A DNA stretch of 63,545 nt, filler included, from Thraustochytrium aureum (lineage: Eukaryota), in the NCBI GenBank assembly GCA_012862495.1. It is 8 parts of 5 records of this genome, joined end to end, with 100 filler letters (N's around TTAATTAATTAA, not from the genome) between each part and the next. Parts side by side here need not be neighbours in the genome. Positions count along the whole stretch, not along the records: positions 31,258 to 36,512 come from BLSG01000219.1; positions 36,613 to 43,269 come from BLSG01000219.1; positions 43,370 to 46,142 come from BLSG01000221.1; positions 46,243 to 57,945 come from BLSG01000222.1; 4 more parts are not named here. One strand, given 5' to 3'. Of the stretch, positions 35,411 to 48,230 are shown piece after piece. The position numbers and the translations under genes were made by a program. The first letter of the stretch is position 1. Every line of letters starts with the position of its first letter. The notes under the pieces are model-generated. The model was not told where the DNA came from and ran no database searches. It saw only the letters and a list, made by a program, of their open reading frames with translations.

Positions 35411-36613
35411 TCGCGGACGGAATGGCGTCTCGCGAGGGCGGTGCGTGGCCTCCAAGTGTTGTGCCCTGTTGGCGCGGTGTCATCAGAAGAATAAATTGTA
35501 CACAACAACGATTTCCTCATAAAGAGTCGGTCCGCCCGTTGCTTTCCTCATCAGTTGAACACGCGCCGAAGACAGCAACGTCAACGCAAGATTCATAAAG
35601 TCAGCCAGCCACCCACCCCTCTCTCTCCCCTCTTCGTTTCCCCCGCAAGTGGCCGGGTACGCAGCCCTCATCACGTGATAAATCTAGCATCACGGCCGTC
35701 AGGCGTAAATTACTCTTGTTGTGTGCATCACAGGGCGGTTCCCGGCCACAGAGCAGGCCCCCCCGAGACGTGACGAGACGAGCGACCGAGCGTGCAGAAT
35801 GAATCAGAGCAGAGACCTTGTTCAAACCATCGGCCGGCCGAATCAACGACACGACCATCTTACGGCTCTTCCAAATTTCGGTTTTCCTTCGTCATTTTCA
35901 TCCTGCCAGCCCGCCCGACCGCGCCTGAACACCGGCCATCCTTCCTTCCTTCCTCCCCGCGCTGGCAGATTCGCGTCGTGGTTGATTGATTGAGCGCCTG
36001 AGGCGCTCGAGCTAGAGCACTTGAAAACATAATCTTGATCTACAGGTACAGTATGTACAATGAAGTGCGTGCTCCAAGCACCACCGATAGGGCAGGGCCG
36101 AGTGGGTGGATCTGCAAAAGCACAAGAACAAACAGTCAGCGCGCGAACCCGGCCGGCACAAGCCGCTCCCCCGCCACACACAGCAATGCCCCGAGCCTGC
36201 AAGCTACGACAGGTTGGTTGAGAGCGATCAGATGCCAAGGCGGCCCCTGGCTAAAGAAGCCACCTGGCCTTCTTTGTCCAAATCAGTGCCGATCATACGG
36301 GGAAAGAAGGAAATTATTTCTGTCGTCACCTCGATCTCGCCAACCCCGCCGCAGCTGCAATGCAACACCACCGCCAGCGAAAACCAACGTACCATTCTTG
36401 CTCGCAAGCCTCGAGTCCACCAAGCAGCGCGAAGACCGCGTCGGCGCCCAGCTCCACGTCGAGCACGCGTACCGCGGCCAGCTGCACCTTGCGGCACGCA
36501 GCAGTGCCCTCGNNNNNNNNNNNNNNNNNNNNNNNNNNNNNNNNNNNNNNNNNNNNTTAATTAATTAANNNNNNNNNNNNNNNNNNNNNNNNNNNNNNNN
36601 NNNNNNNNNNNNT

Positions 36614-36796
36614 CTGCTCAAGACCTGCGACTTGCTGTTCACCGAGTACGTGAGCAAGAAGCGCGCGGGTGAGCTGGGTGAGAGCGACGGCGTCTGGGCT
36701 ACCAAGCGGATGTTCATCAACTCTGTGCCGCTGGTCCTCATGGACAAGTTCTTGCACAACATGCATGGTGGAAAAGTGGCCACGCGGATTTCATGA
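36614..36796 (+). CDS. C-terminal fragment of a hypothetical protein
   Basis: Open frame from the contig edge (LLKTCDLLFTEYVSKK...KVATRIS*) with host-like codon usage. Confidence 0.35.
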   Translation: MLKTCDLLFTEYVSKKRAGELGESDGVWATKRMFINSVPLVLMDKFLHNMHGGKVATRIS

Positions 36797-36953
36797 ACAT
36801 CGTTTTCGTTTGTTTGGGATTAACAAGGGCTCCGGTCTCAGTGGCTGCCAAAGCAACCGCGAAGTGGCTTGAAGATCGATGGCAAGTGTAGGTGGTGGCC
36901 GCTGTGTTGCGCGCGGTTCTTGGCAAGGGCGAATTTGCCTTTGGTGCTCGGCG

Positions 36954-37496
36954 TCAAAGCCTTCCATGCAGGGTCAACTTCGTCAATCTCGGGCTCGAGT
37001 CCTCCTTGCGCTCCTCCTCGAGCCCGCTTTCGCTGCCGCTCGTCGAGTCGACACTCTCTTTGGACTCGGGCACTGCGGGCGCGTCTGCGAGGTCCGCACA
37101 TTCGAGAAAGTCCTCGACGTCCGTGTCGGTAATAGTGTCAGCGTCGTCGTCGTCGTCGTCGTTCTCGTTGCTTGCCTCTCGCTGCTCGGCGTTGATCCGC
37201 ATCGCCTCCTCCAAGGAGACGAGCGCGGGCACGTCGTCCACTTCCAAGTCTGCGCTGTCGGCCTGCTCTTCTGGCTCGGCTTTTGCGCCCGCGTCCTCGG
37301 CGTCCTGGGCGTCCTCGAGCGACTCGCGCTTTGGCCTGGTCAGGAGCAGCATCGGGTTGAAGCTCCTGACAACGCTGCGCACGTTTTTGGCCATCTGGTC
37401 GAAGAGCGAGGTGCGGCTCCCGAACACGAGCCCAGCGAGCCCTACGAAAAGAGCCACGCCCGCCTCGGGGTTGTTGCTGCCCGCCATCTCGCCCAA
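36954..37496 (-). CDS. Hypothetical acidic protein with an N-terminal hydrophobic segment
   Basis: 180-aa ORF with VALFVGLAGLVFG followed by a D/E-rich region. Confidence 0.5.
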   Translation of the reverse strand: MGEMAGSNNPEAGVALFVGLAGLVFGSRTSLFDQMAKNVRSVVRSFNPMLLLTRPKRESLEDAQDAEDAGAKAEPEEQADSADLEVDDVPALVSLEEAMRINAEQREASNENDDDDDDADTITDTDVEDFLECADLADAPAVPESKESVDSTSGSESGLEEERKEDSSPRLTKLTLHGRL

Positions 37497-38113
37497 GGTC
37501 GTTGCTATGCGCCGGCGCAGGCGGTGGTAGGTATGTACTCGAGTAGAGTGATTGGCGTGCTTGTGCTGAATGCCTTTCGTGAGCGGCTAAGATGCTGATT
37601 GATGAGTGCTGAGCCGGTTTCTCGATTTGGGTCTGAGCCGTTCGTCCCGTTCTGGCGCCCGGTTTGTGCCGCCTGGAAAAGCCCCGAGCACTGCTACCTA
37701 CTTACTAGGTTGCTCTACGTCGTTTCCCACCGTTTCGGCGCGGAGAACGCGGCAGAAAGGCAGAGCACAGCTAAGCGAACAAACGCTCGCAACAGCGAGA
37801 AACCGAGCGAAACGCATCCCGTGCGCAGCAAAACAACTCGATGGGCCGTGTCCAAGCCACAANNNNNNNNNNNNNNNNNNNNNNNNNNNNNNNNNNNNNN
37901 NNNNNNNNNNNNNNNNNNNNNNNNNNNNNNNNNNNNNNNNNNNNNNNNNNNNNNNNNNNNNNNNNNNNNNNNNNNNNNNNNNNNNNNNNNNNNNNNNNNN
38001 NNNNNNNNNNNNNNNNNNNNNNNNNNNNNNNNNNNNNNNNNNNNNNNNNNNNNNNNNNNNNNNNNNNNNNNNNNNNNNNNNNNNNNNNNNNNNNNNNNNN
38101 NNNNNNNNNNNNN

Positions 38114-38465
38114 AAAGAACAAAGAGCACAAAGAGCACAAGTTCTGTTCTCTACAGCAATTACAAAGAACACAGGTTCTGTTCGTCGTTGAAGAGCAAAG
38201 AGCCGCAGTTTTGTTCTTTATTGAAGAGCAAAGAACCGCAGATTTGTTCTTTATTAAGAGCAAAGAACCGCAGGTTTGTTCTTTATTGAAGAGCAAAGAA
38301 CCGCATGTTTGTTCTTTATTGAAGAGCATTTATTAAAGAGCAAAGAACCTCAGTTTTGTTCTTTATTGAAGAGCAAAGAGCCGCAGTTTTGTTCTTTATT
38401 GAAGATCAAAGAACCTCAAGTTTGTTCTTATTGAAGAGCAAAGAACCGCAGGTTTGTTCTTTATA
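38114..38465. repeat. AT-rich 33-bp tandem repeat with internal inverted repeat, about 9-10 units
   Basis: Unit AAAGAAC-CGCAGGTTT-GTTCTTT-ATTGAAGAGC. Begins at a gap edge. Confidence 0.9.
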
Positions 38466-38649
38466 GGATTCATTTTGGTGGAGATACGAGGAACAAGGAA
38501 CTTGGTGGATGAGGTTGTTGGAGGACTCGAGGAGGCAGGCAATCACGCAACTGCGGGACAGACAGAGAGCACGCGGCCAGGTCTGGCAAGGCTTGATTCC
38601 TCGCCGGCGCAGGACTCGGAGGGGCTCGCACCGGGAAGCGGCGGAAGCG

Positions 38650-39117
38650 ATGGACCTTGCTCAGTATTTTGACGCCCTTGACCCGCTGTCGCGCGTGGCA
38701 GGGGACCAGCGACAGAAAGACCACCTCGCAGCGCTGGCCGAACTCCAGCCGCTTCGCATGGACTGCCGGAACTGGCCTCTGGCGAGCGCGGGGCTTCAAA
38801 TGTCCATGCGCGAGAGCGGTGACGCCTTTTACGCAACGGTGGACGTTCCCGGGTGCAAGCGGGACGAGGTGTCGGTGTCAGTGACTGGCCGGATGCTGAC
38901 GATCAACGCCCACCACGAAGTTGAGACTGTTCGCGAGGACGAAAGCCACGTGCTCTGGAAGGAGCGCGCAGAGGGCCTCTGCAGCCGCACGATTTCGCTT
39001 CCTGCTAGCGCTGCGCCGGCGCATATTACCAGCCGTCTTGCGGACGGCGTGCTTCGGATCAAAATCCCAAAGGTGGGCGCCGCAGCGGCCCCTGTAACCA
39101 AGGTCGCGATTGCATAG
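38650..39117 (+). CDS. Small heat-shock protein (HSP20/alpha-crystallin family)
   Basis: VDVPGCKRDEVSV, LTINA, ERAEGLCSRTISLP, ITSRLADGVLRIKIPK. Confidence 0.9.
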   Translation: MDLAQYFDALDPLSRVAGDQRQKDHLAALAELQPLRMDCRNWPLASAGLQMSMRESGDAFYATVDVPGCKRDEVSVSVTGRMLTINAHHEVETVREDESHVLWKERAEGLCSRTISLPASAAPAHITSRLADGVLRIKIPKVGAAAAPVTKVAIA

Positions 39118-39428
39118 CGCGTTGCATAGCGGACGCGTCGACGTCGTCAGACGCCAAAGCCCGCCGCGCGCGACTCGCTCGTTTTTGGGCCACTCGCAAC
39201 GCTACCGGGTGCGCGTGGCTCGTGGCGCAGACCGGATGTGGCTGAGAGATAAGATTCGTTCAAGCTTCCCACAGCAGACTAACACTACACGCGCATTCTC
39301 GTCGATTTGCGCGACAAACTCTCGCGCCACTCCTTGTAGAGTGGAAGAGCAACTACTTGCCGAGCTAGCTCTCGTATCGATCCAACCGCAAGGCAAAGGG
39401 CTCTACGCCGCCTTTCTACGCCGCCTTT

Positions 39429-40517
39429 CTACGCCGCCTTCGCCTTGGTCCTTGGCGGCGCGCCAGGGTCCCACATCGTGTAGACGACTGTTGCCGCAAA
39501 GACTACCGCACAGCCCAAAACAAAGGTATTAGACGGCTCAAACCCAAACAGCCAAACGCTTGCCAAGCTAGAGACGACCATGGAGATGGACGAGGCGAAG
39601 CCCTTGGCCAAGTTTGAGGTGTGCTTGAGGATCGCTGCAATGAGCAGGCCACCGACGCCATGCAAGACAGCCATGAGCCACACGACCGCGTCAAACCCAG
39701 CGAAAGCACCGCGACGTTGTATCTCGGGTCCGTCCGAAAAGACCGCGAGCGCGGCGCCGAGGGCGACGCTTGTAGACGCCATAACCAGGCTTTTCATCCA
39801 GAGGGACGGCTGCGGGCCGACGCCGCTGGAGGGCTTGCTGTCCTTGACCACCAGCTCGGTAAAGGTACCGGAGAAGGCGGAGAGAAAGGCGGCGCACATG
39901 GTCGCGGCAAGCCCAACTCCGCTCGGCTGCCGCACGCCGGTAAACCCTAAACCGGCAATGAGGCTTCGGGCCGCAGAAGCTTCGGCTGGAATGCCGTCGG
40001 CCGCTTCGATGCCCTCCGTTTCGCGGCGTGGGGGGGACTTTGAGGTTGAGTGGGCCACGAGCGAAATCCCTGCCATAAGCATGAATACTGCGCACCAGCG
40101 AGCAAAACCGACGTGACGCTTGAGCACAACTCGGGCGAGGAGGGCAGAAAAGATCACCTTGAGGTTGTACACGACCTGGTACACGGCCGGCTCGAGGTGA
40201 TAGAGAGCCAAGTAGATCAGGTTGTTTTGCACCAAGTACAAGACTGCCGGTACGCTCATCGTCGCTGTTTCCCAGAAACTCCAGCGGCAAAGCTGCGTAA
40301 TTGTTCCGCGGAGGCCCAGCTGGTGGATGTTGATGGCCATGCAGATCACGCACTTGATCGCCTCGGTGGCCCCCACGACGACGCTCGGGATGTACAGCTC
40401 GCTCTGGTCTTTGTTGCTGCGAATCGCGCGCATCAACAGCACCACAACCGAGTTTTGCGCCACCAAGAGCCCCAGCAGCGCCGGGCCAAACCACCAGGGC
40501 TTGCCCGCGTCCGCCAT
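39429..40517 (-). CDS. Nucleotide-sugar transporter, SLC35A (UDP-Gal/CMP-Sia type)
   Basis: LVAQNS, EAIK, VPAVLYLVQNNLIY, YQVVYNLKV, GGLLIAAILKH.SNLAKGF. Confidence 0.9.
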   Translation of the reverse strand: MADAGKPWWFGPALLGLLVAQNSVVVLLMRAIRSNKDQSELYIPSVVVGATEAIKCVICMAINIHQLGLRGTITQLCRWSFWETATMSVPAVLYLVQNNLIYLALYHLEPAVYQVVYNLKVIFSALLARVVLKRHVGFARWCAVFMLMAGISLVAHSTSKSPPRRETEGIEAADGIPAEASAARSLIAGLGFTGVRQPSGVGLAATMCAAFLSAFSGTFTELVVKDSKPSSGVGPQPSLWMKSLVMASTSVALGAALAVFSDGPEIQRRGAFAGFDAVVWLMAVLHGVGGLLIAAILKHTSNLAKGFASSISMVVSSLASVWLFGFEPSNTFVLGCAVVFAATVVYTMWDPGAPPRTKAKAA

Positions 40518-41159
40518 GGAGTCCACGCCCAAAGCCGGGACCAGGTCGAGGAATTGGCCGTTTCCCTTCGACCGACCGACCGACCGACCTGGCACCTCCT
40601 GCAGCGCGAGCCACGATCGGTCGAGCCGGGCGCGGGCCGCGCGTGCAGGCTCTCGTCCGAACCTCGTCGCCTCCTGCTTGTGCCTGCTTGCCTTGGGGGC
40701 GTGCTGTGCAACACGCGTTTGGAGCGAACCGCCAAAGAGCAAACGAGCTCTTCCGTGCCCATTCTGTGCACATGACCCAAACATGACCAACAACTTATAC
40801 CTCGATGGCTGGCAAGGCGGGCTCGGCCTCGTCGGGGATCCTTGAGCCCGGCTTGTGTACTATACGCCACAACAGCGCCGGCCTCGAGGAGTCGAGCAGC
40901 GCTGCAGCTTTGGTTCTTTTGCTATCTATCAACGGAACAGTGTACGGCAGGCTTCCTTTCCTTGTCAACTTGCTTGCTTTGCTTGCGCGGCCGAGTTTGA
41001 CTTGCACGGCAAACATCTCGTCCTGGTGTGCTTTGCCTTGCGCATCAACTCTCCCAGCGCGGCCGTCGTCGACAAAAAGCCGGTCATTCAATTGTGGATG
41101 AAAGTACCCGAGTGTCCTCGCGCATGTCGAGTACGACGCCCGCTTTGCTCAGCCCCTTT

Positions 41160-42975
41160 TCATCGACGCCGAAGAGCTTGCCAAAGACCTGAAGCGGTAG
41201 CGAGCAGCGCCCGGACTGTCGAACAGCGCTTGTTACTGTATTTTCGCGCTCCCGCGTCGAGGAGCGCTTGGAGGATCTCGGCATTGCCCCTTTTAGCAGC
41301 GCGGACCAAGGCGCAGTCGCCTTTCAACTCCGCCTTGTTGACCTGCGCACCTGCTCCCAAGAGCATCCGGACGATCTCGACACTCTCATAGCGAATCGCA
41401 GCCGTCAAAGCCGTTTCATCCCCACCACAAATACTGCGGCCCACACTTTCAACGTTCGCTCCAGCGTCCAAGAGCATGCTAACAATCTCGGGCGTGTCTC
41501 CATATGCCGCGGATATCAGCGCGGTATTTCCTTGATGACCGCCTTTGTTGACATCCGCGCCAGCGTCAAGAAGCACGCGAACGATGTCCGCGTGTCCTCC
41601 GCCAGCACCCCTCATCAGCGGGGTGCTCCACTNNNNNNNNNNNNNNNNNNNNNNNNNNNNNNNNNNNNNNNNNNNNNNNNNNNNNNNNNNNNNNNNNNNN
41701 NNNNNNNNNNNNNNNNNNNNNNNNNNNNNNNNNNNNNNNNNNNNNNNNNNNNNNNNNNNNNNNNNNNNNNNNNNNNNNNNNNNNNNNNNNNNNNNNNNNN
41801 NNNNNNNNNNNNNNNNNNNNNNNNNNNNNNNNNNNNNNNNNNNNNNNNNNNNNNNNNNNNNNNNNNNNNNNNNNNNNNNNNNNNNNNNGACTCGCGTTGA
41901 CATCCGCGCCTGCTTCCAAGAGAATCTCCACGATCTCTTTGCGACCATACTTGGCGGCAAACATAAGCGCGGTTCCTCTGCGCTCACCCCACCGGCGTAC
42001 CTGCTGATCAACTGGCGCGCCAGCGTTTAAGAGGGCCCGGACGACATCAGCCTGGCCCCATTCTGATGCATACATCAGAGGCGTCCTGTCATCGTCTTCC
42101 TGGTCGACTTGCGCGCCGCCGTCGATGAGCAACTGGACGATGTCGGCACTTTGGTGCGAAGCAGCCATTGTCAGAGCGGTATAGCCGCTTTCAGAACGGT
42201 CGCTCTCGTTGATCAGGACCTTGTCGACTTGTACGCCAGCGCCCAGGAGAAGCTTGACAATCTCAGCGTGGCCATGATCGACAGCATGCATCAGCGGGGT
42301 TTCACCGACATGGTCGTCGCCTTCGGGCCTTTCTGTATTAGCTCCCGCGTCAATGAGCACCTTGAGGACCTCGACGTGACCGTTCTTGACTGCCAGCGTG
42401 AGCGCTCTCTCCCCACCGTGGTCGTCATCCTCCCTGGCCTTTTCGATATCCGCTCCCGCGTCCAGGAGAAGTTTGACGACCGCAATGTGGCCCTCCTGAG
42501 CAGCCATTTGCAGCGCAGTTTCGCACTGCCAGTCGCAGCCGCTGTCAGACCTGGACCTGTCGAGCTCCGCGCCCGCAGCCAGGAGCATCTCGACGACCTC
42601 GGCGTGGCCACCCTCTGCGGCAGTGATCAACGCAGTGTAGCCGTCGCGGTTTGTGTCGTCAACCAGCGCGCCCAGCTCCAGCAGCGCCTTGACCAGCTCG
42701 GCGTCGCCGCCGATAGCAGCTTTCGGCATCGCTTCCGGGTCGATCCCCAACACAGTCCCACGCGGGTACACCGCATACATCTCGCTCACTGCCGCGCGCA
42801 GCGCCCGGGACGAGCTCAGCGGGGGTTTCCAGTCTTGCACGAGCAAGAACGACCCGAGAAGCTCCTCCACAGTGCTCGGAAAGTTGGAGCGCTTCCAGGG
42901 CAGCGGCCCCACGCGCGCGCGCCGCTTCGCGCCACGATGCTCCTCGAGCGCGATCGTGCGCGTTGCCGATGCCAT
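41160..42975 (-). CDS. Ankyrin-repeat protein (gapped; C-terminus uncertain, possibly extending to 40795)
   Basis: More than 10 ankyrin repeats, e.g. TALITAAEGGHAEVVEMLLAAGA and TPLMYASEWGQADVVRALLNAGA. Confidence 0.85.
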
Positions 42976-43369
42976 CGCCGCGCCTTCGCTGCTCTCGAGT
43001 CTGTCGTACGCAGCGTGGCTGGTGGCCTTGGCACAAAATCCGCGTCGCGTCCTGCATCCTGATGCAAGTCTGGCGAGTCGCGCGTCACGCCGGTCGCTTC
43101 GCGCTCTTGCGCGTGCTTGCTCTGGGCGCCGCCTCCAGCATATCCCGAACCGCGCTGCTTGGCTGCCTGCACGCGCGCGGCTTTGCAGGACGGTGCACGA
43201 GGCGCGCGGGACGCAGAATTGGCACAGCAGCAAAGCACGCACGCCTTTCTTTCGAGGCCCTTGGAGCGCNNNNNNNNNNNNNNNNNNNNNNNNNNNNNNN
43301 NNNNNNNNNNNNNTTAATTAATTAANNNNNNNNNNNNNNNNNNNNNNNNNNNNNNNNNNNNNNNNNNNN

Positions 43370-45876
43370 CGCTCGCGCTCCTCGATGTCGTCGCGATACA
43401 CCGTGGGCCGCTTGACGCCCGTGCCGCGGTCGCGATCAGACTGTCCTGGAACTCGAGGACCTCTTTGAACTCTTGCAGCGCGGCGTTCTCTTTGAGACGA
43501 AGCACCTTTTCCATGTTGCGAACCACGCGGGCGCGGTCGGCGAACGAGTGGGTCTTGACTTGCATTTCGTACGGCACAAGCTGGCCGTCACATAGCGGGG
43601 TCGGCGGCACCATGTGCGGCGGGAGTTGGCTGGCGCTGTCGAGGGCGTTCCCGTAATCGTCGTAGATGAGCTCGGCTTTGTCGTTCGCAAAAAACTGCGC
43701 AGGCGGCGTCGCCATATAGTCGCGCCCCGAGCCGGTGCCCAGGAAACAGAGGCGGCCCATCGAGTCCGAGCAGACAATGTCAGAGCCTGTCTTGGCGTAC
43801 GGGAGGAACCCGACGTCCAAAACGTGCACGATCCCGTTCGAGTGCACAGCCAAATTGTCGCTGATTCTGACGCCGTTCACAATGTCCCACATGACGACCT
43901 GGCCGTCCCAGCCTGCACTGAGGCAAGGTTTGGATCCGTCGGATGCGCAACGAGCACAAAGCACTGTCCTCGGTGCTTGCGAAGGACGTGGACAAGTTTT
44001 CCGCCGTTGCGCGAGTCCCAGACGCGGATTTGCTGGTCCCAAAAAGCGCGCACGTTGCGAGCTTGCGCGGGGACCACGCACTGCGCGGTGATGAGCCACC
44101 GGTCGTCGCAGGACCACGTGCACGCGTCCAGCGAGGGCGTCTTTTTGCTCTTGCGCATCTTGTCGGCGGCACCAGAGCCGAGCTGGCGGCCCTTGCGACG
44201 CGGCGAGGGGCCGGTGTCGGGCGCCTCGCTCTCTTCCGTGCCCGCTGTGAACGACGAGGAGGACGAGGTCGACGAACCTACCGACGACTGCGCAGCGAGT
44301 CCCTTTTTCGGGACCTCCACGAGCGTGCTGAGGGTGAAAGCAACGCGAGGCATTGCGAACAGAAAGCTGGCCGCAACCTCGAGGTCGGCAAACCTTGTGG
44401 TGTGCTGCCACTCCCAGACGCGCACGGCACCGTCAACGGACGACGTCGCAAACAGCCTGTACCCGTCGTTCGACCAGGCCACGGAAGACACCGTGTTAAA
44501 GTTGGTGTCCAGGACGTTGACGAGCCGGTTCGACCCGTTCCTGTAGATTCCGTTCACAGGCGGCGAGGCCGGGATGAGCGCAGTTTGGCACTTCTTGGCC
44601 GCCGCGGGCGGCAGCACGCGCCCGCCAAACCAGACGCGCACGGTCCCGCCGGCGTCCCCGGTGGCCAGCATGGTCCCGTCCGGGTGCACCGCAACAGAGT
44701 TGACCTCCTTGACGCTTCCGGTTGCGCGACAGACGTGGGGCAGCACGGTGGGGCGGCGCTCCTCGGGCGTCGTCGCTTCGCAGCGAACGACGGCGGCCTG
44801 GTAAATCGAATCGGTGTCCCAAATGCAACAAGACCCGTCGTTGCTCCCGCTGAAGAGCAGCCCCGTGGAGACGTCAAAGCGGATGGCCTCGATTCCCTTG
44901 GTGTGGCCCTTGAGCACGCACAGCGCGCGGCCGGTTGGGATTTCCCAGAGACGGATCGTGCGGTCGTCCGACGCGGACGCCAGCATGGCGCGGCGTCCGG
45001 GGACGCGCTTGATCCGGAGGTCGCACACGTTGTGCGAGTGGCCACGGAGCGTGCGGATGAGCTCGCCCGAGTGGGCCGACCAAAGCTTGACGAGCGAGTC
45101 GTCCGACCCGGTGACCACGTACTCGCCGTTGGGGTCCACGCAGACGCAAAAGACGAACAGAAAGTGGCCCTGCGTCTTTTTGAGGAACTTGATGTTGCGG
45201 AAGAGCGTCCCTTGGCTCACGGTGGTCCGCGCGTCCTGGATGTCTTGCTTGGTTGTGTTCTTCTGCAGGCCGATCAGTTGCTTGCGCAGCTCCACGGCGC
45301 CCTGTTTGAGTGTCGATATCTCGTTGCGCAGCTGAACTGCGCGACGAGGCTCTGGTACGGCGGCCTGGTGCTGCAGGACCCCGAATGGAGCCGTAGATCC
45401 CGCTCGCGCTTGGCGCAGCACGCGCGAGAGCTCGTTCTCGAGCTGGCGCGTGCGACTGCGGAGGTCGATGAGGCCAGTTGCTAACTTGCGCTTCTCCTCC
45501 AAGCTGTGACTCTTTCTTTTGCCCATGTTTTCTTGGATCGACTGCACCACGTTGTCGATGAATCCGTGGGCGCCGCGAAGGTTGCCAAAGCGCCAAACGA
45601 TGTCCTCCAAGGTCCCTGAGCGGCTCTCGCCGTTCCACGAGACCACGTTTGGGAGGAGTCCGTGCCTCACCACGTCGCGCCGCAGGGCTTGCACGGTTTC
45701 TCTGCAGGAGGTGTACTGGTCAGGTACTGAGCTATGAAGTGGAACACCTGGGCCTTCTTGTACATTTCGTCGTTGATCTCCTTTCGCCGCGAGATGATCA
45801 GCGACTCTGTGCGCGTTAAGTTACTTGTGCGCGGGACTAGCGCTCCGCCAGAATGCAACTGTGTCTGTTCCTGCAC
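43370..45876 (-). CDS. PHIP/BRWD-like WD40 protein, partial and frameshifted
   Basis: N-terminal VFHFIAQYL..LLP, WD40 repeats (VTGSDDSLVKLW, ASASDDRTIRLW, SAGWDGQVVMWD) and post-WD motif QFF..D...LIYDDYGNALD...QLPPH. Confidence 0.8.
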
Positions 45877-48230
45877 GGTGGCAGGCGAGGGTGCGGAAAT
45901 CTCGTTTGGCCCGGCAATGACGCCGCTCCCCGCGACGTTGGCTTTGGCCTTTATCGAGGATTCGCTCGAGTTTGCGCGGGGCTGCGCGCTGTCGAGACGC
46001 GCCGGAGCAGGCCGCTGTTTTGCGCCGCGTCCTCGTTCACTTCAGCGGTAGGGGCGCGGCCCAGCACGTCCCCGAGGCGCGGCTCGGCGCTGCTTTGGCT
46101 GGATTGCGCCTCGGGCACTGCAGCTGCTTGCGGCTCTACTTCNNNNNNNNNNNNNNNNNNNNNNNNNNNNNNNNNNNNNNNNNNNNTTAATTAATTAANN
46201 NNNNNNNNNNNNNNNNNNNNNNNNNNNNNNNNNNNNNNNNNNTCCGCTGCTGCTACTCAAGCTCGCAAGCTAGAGTGCCAGCCAACGCCTATGCGTGCGG
46301 GCAAGGCTGGTGGCGCCTCAGAACGCGCCCAGCTGGAGAACGGATGTCGTGGCGGGGTTCAGTTGCGGCAGGAGGTAGGTAGGCTGGTAAAGTACTAGTA
46401 GGTAACAGAGCACTCTAAAGCTAGGTAGCTCCAGAGCGCTCCTCCTCTTCCGCTTGCCTATCGCTGCTGCACGGCTGGAGCCGAGATCGGTTCGACGTTT
46501 TGCCCCGGCACAAGTTGGCGGGAAGCAGCTGCGCCCAAGCTTGACTCCTCATGTAGAAAGAAATGCACAACCCCGAAGCGGAAAGGCTTCCTCCCCCCGG
46601 GCCGGGAGCCCCGATCACTGTGATCGACAGTTTCGATGGCTGGTTACGTGCAGGCTGACGCACTTGCTCACCGGCCGAACGAAGTTGCTCCTCGCGAGCA
46701 GAGTCGCTCATCCGACGCTCAACGGTATTAGTGAGCAGAGGACCAGCACTACTAGCGGTTGAGCGGCGGCCCCTGTGTGAGAGGTGCAGAGCAGCGGCAG
46801 AGAAAACCGCCCAAGCAATGTGCACCGCCTTCTGGCTAGGCATGTGTGGCTCGGCTGCGCGGCGCGCAGTGGGCCGAGTCGACGCAAGGAGGTCGAAAGG
46901 TCGTGACAACGGTAGCCTAGTCGTTGAAGGTCGACGTGGGATAGGGAAGGAAGGGGCCGGAGCGGTGGCAAGAATGTATCGGCAAGTCCAAAGAGGAGGC
47001 CCGACCTCAGAGGCCCTGAGGGCCGGCAACGCACAGCCAAGACCCCTGGAACGCAATGGAACGCCACAACCTGGTACACTGCCTGGGAAACTTGAAGCCA
47101 TGAGGGACGAACTCGTCGGAAAGTGAAACTGGAAGTAGCGTGGAAATAGTCCATTTTTCCCCCTTCCAGAGCATCCAGAGCAGAAGGATGGAGGACCGAC
47201 TGACTGACTGACTGACAGACTGTCTCGTCTGTCTGCTCGAACGAGGGAGGATTGAGGCTCAATCTGAGAGGCTTCCCGCCTCTCACAGGGCCCTGCGCGG
47301 TTGCTTCGCGTTGCGTTGCCCGCTTTGCTGCATCAGCGCGCGTGCGGGCAAAGTCGCATCGAGTCGTGCAACACCCGGGTGAGAAGACCGGCCTTCGCCA
47401 ACAAGTGATCTTGCCGGACGGCTTCCTTGAGAAACCCACGCAAGCGGCGCAGAGGCTCGGGCGGGGGGTGAAGGAGAAGAAGGCCTCAAACCGCCCGCCC
47501 GCTCCGCGCGGCGGTGCATTTGTCGCAGAGCTGAGCCGCTCCATCAACCAAACCTTGCGTGACTAGTTGCTCATTTGGCGCCCACGCGCGCTGCGACCCA
47601 AAGAGCAACAAGGATCTCTTGCAGCAGCAGCTTCTCTAGCTGTGCATGCACTTTGGCCTGCTGCTCGTGCTGTCAGCGGCAAACAAACCATCCAAGGACA
47701 AAACATAGGATCGATCTCGAGGAGGCCGGCACACCCCGCCCTCGCAGCTGCAAACGTCAAACTCGTTCAGTCAGTTGCGCACCCGCTCGCGGAGCTCCTC
47801 CAGCACCGCTGGCAGCAAACGCCGCGAGACTCACGCGCAACCAGTCAACGAGCTCAGATCCGCTGAGAGGCACGCACGCACGAGCGAGCTTCAGCAAGCC
47901 GCCTCTCCAAGCATTCCGACTTGCCAAACAGATTCATCATTCTCTCGCCCATTCAGTCGGGTCGGGACGCGCTCCTCTGACGGCGTCGGAAGCAAAACCG
48001 GAAATCAGCTCGACAGCCGGCCAAGTACCGGGTTCTCTGGCGAGTGCCGCACTTTTTGGCCAAGGCGGGCGCCGCGACAGCGACCGTCGGTCGCTGCAAT
48101 CCTTAAACGGCCAACCAGCGCAAAAAGGCGCAGTAGTTCTCGGGAGCCGCCGTGTGACACCACCGAACAACCGTGTCACTGCCAGCGAGTACATCTCGCT
48201 GCCAGTTGCACAAGCGGACCAGCTGCTTCG

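Noticed and set aside
38114..38465. CRISPR array (palindromic ~33-bp repeat ending ATTGAAG)
   Set aside because: Units are contiguous with no unique spacers, no cas genes are present and the context is eukaryotic.
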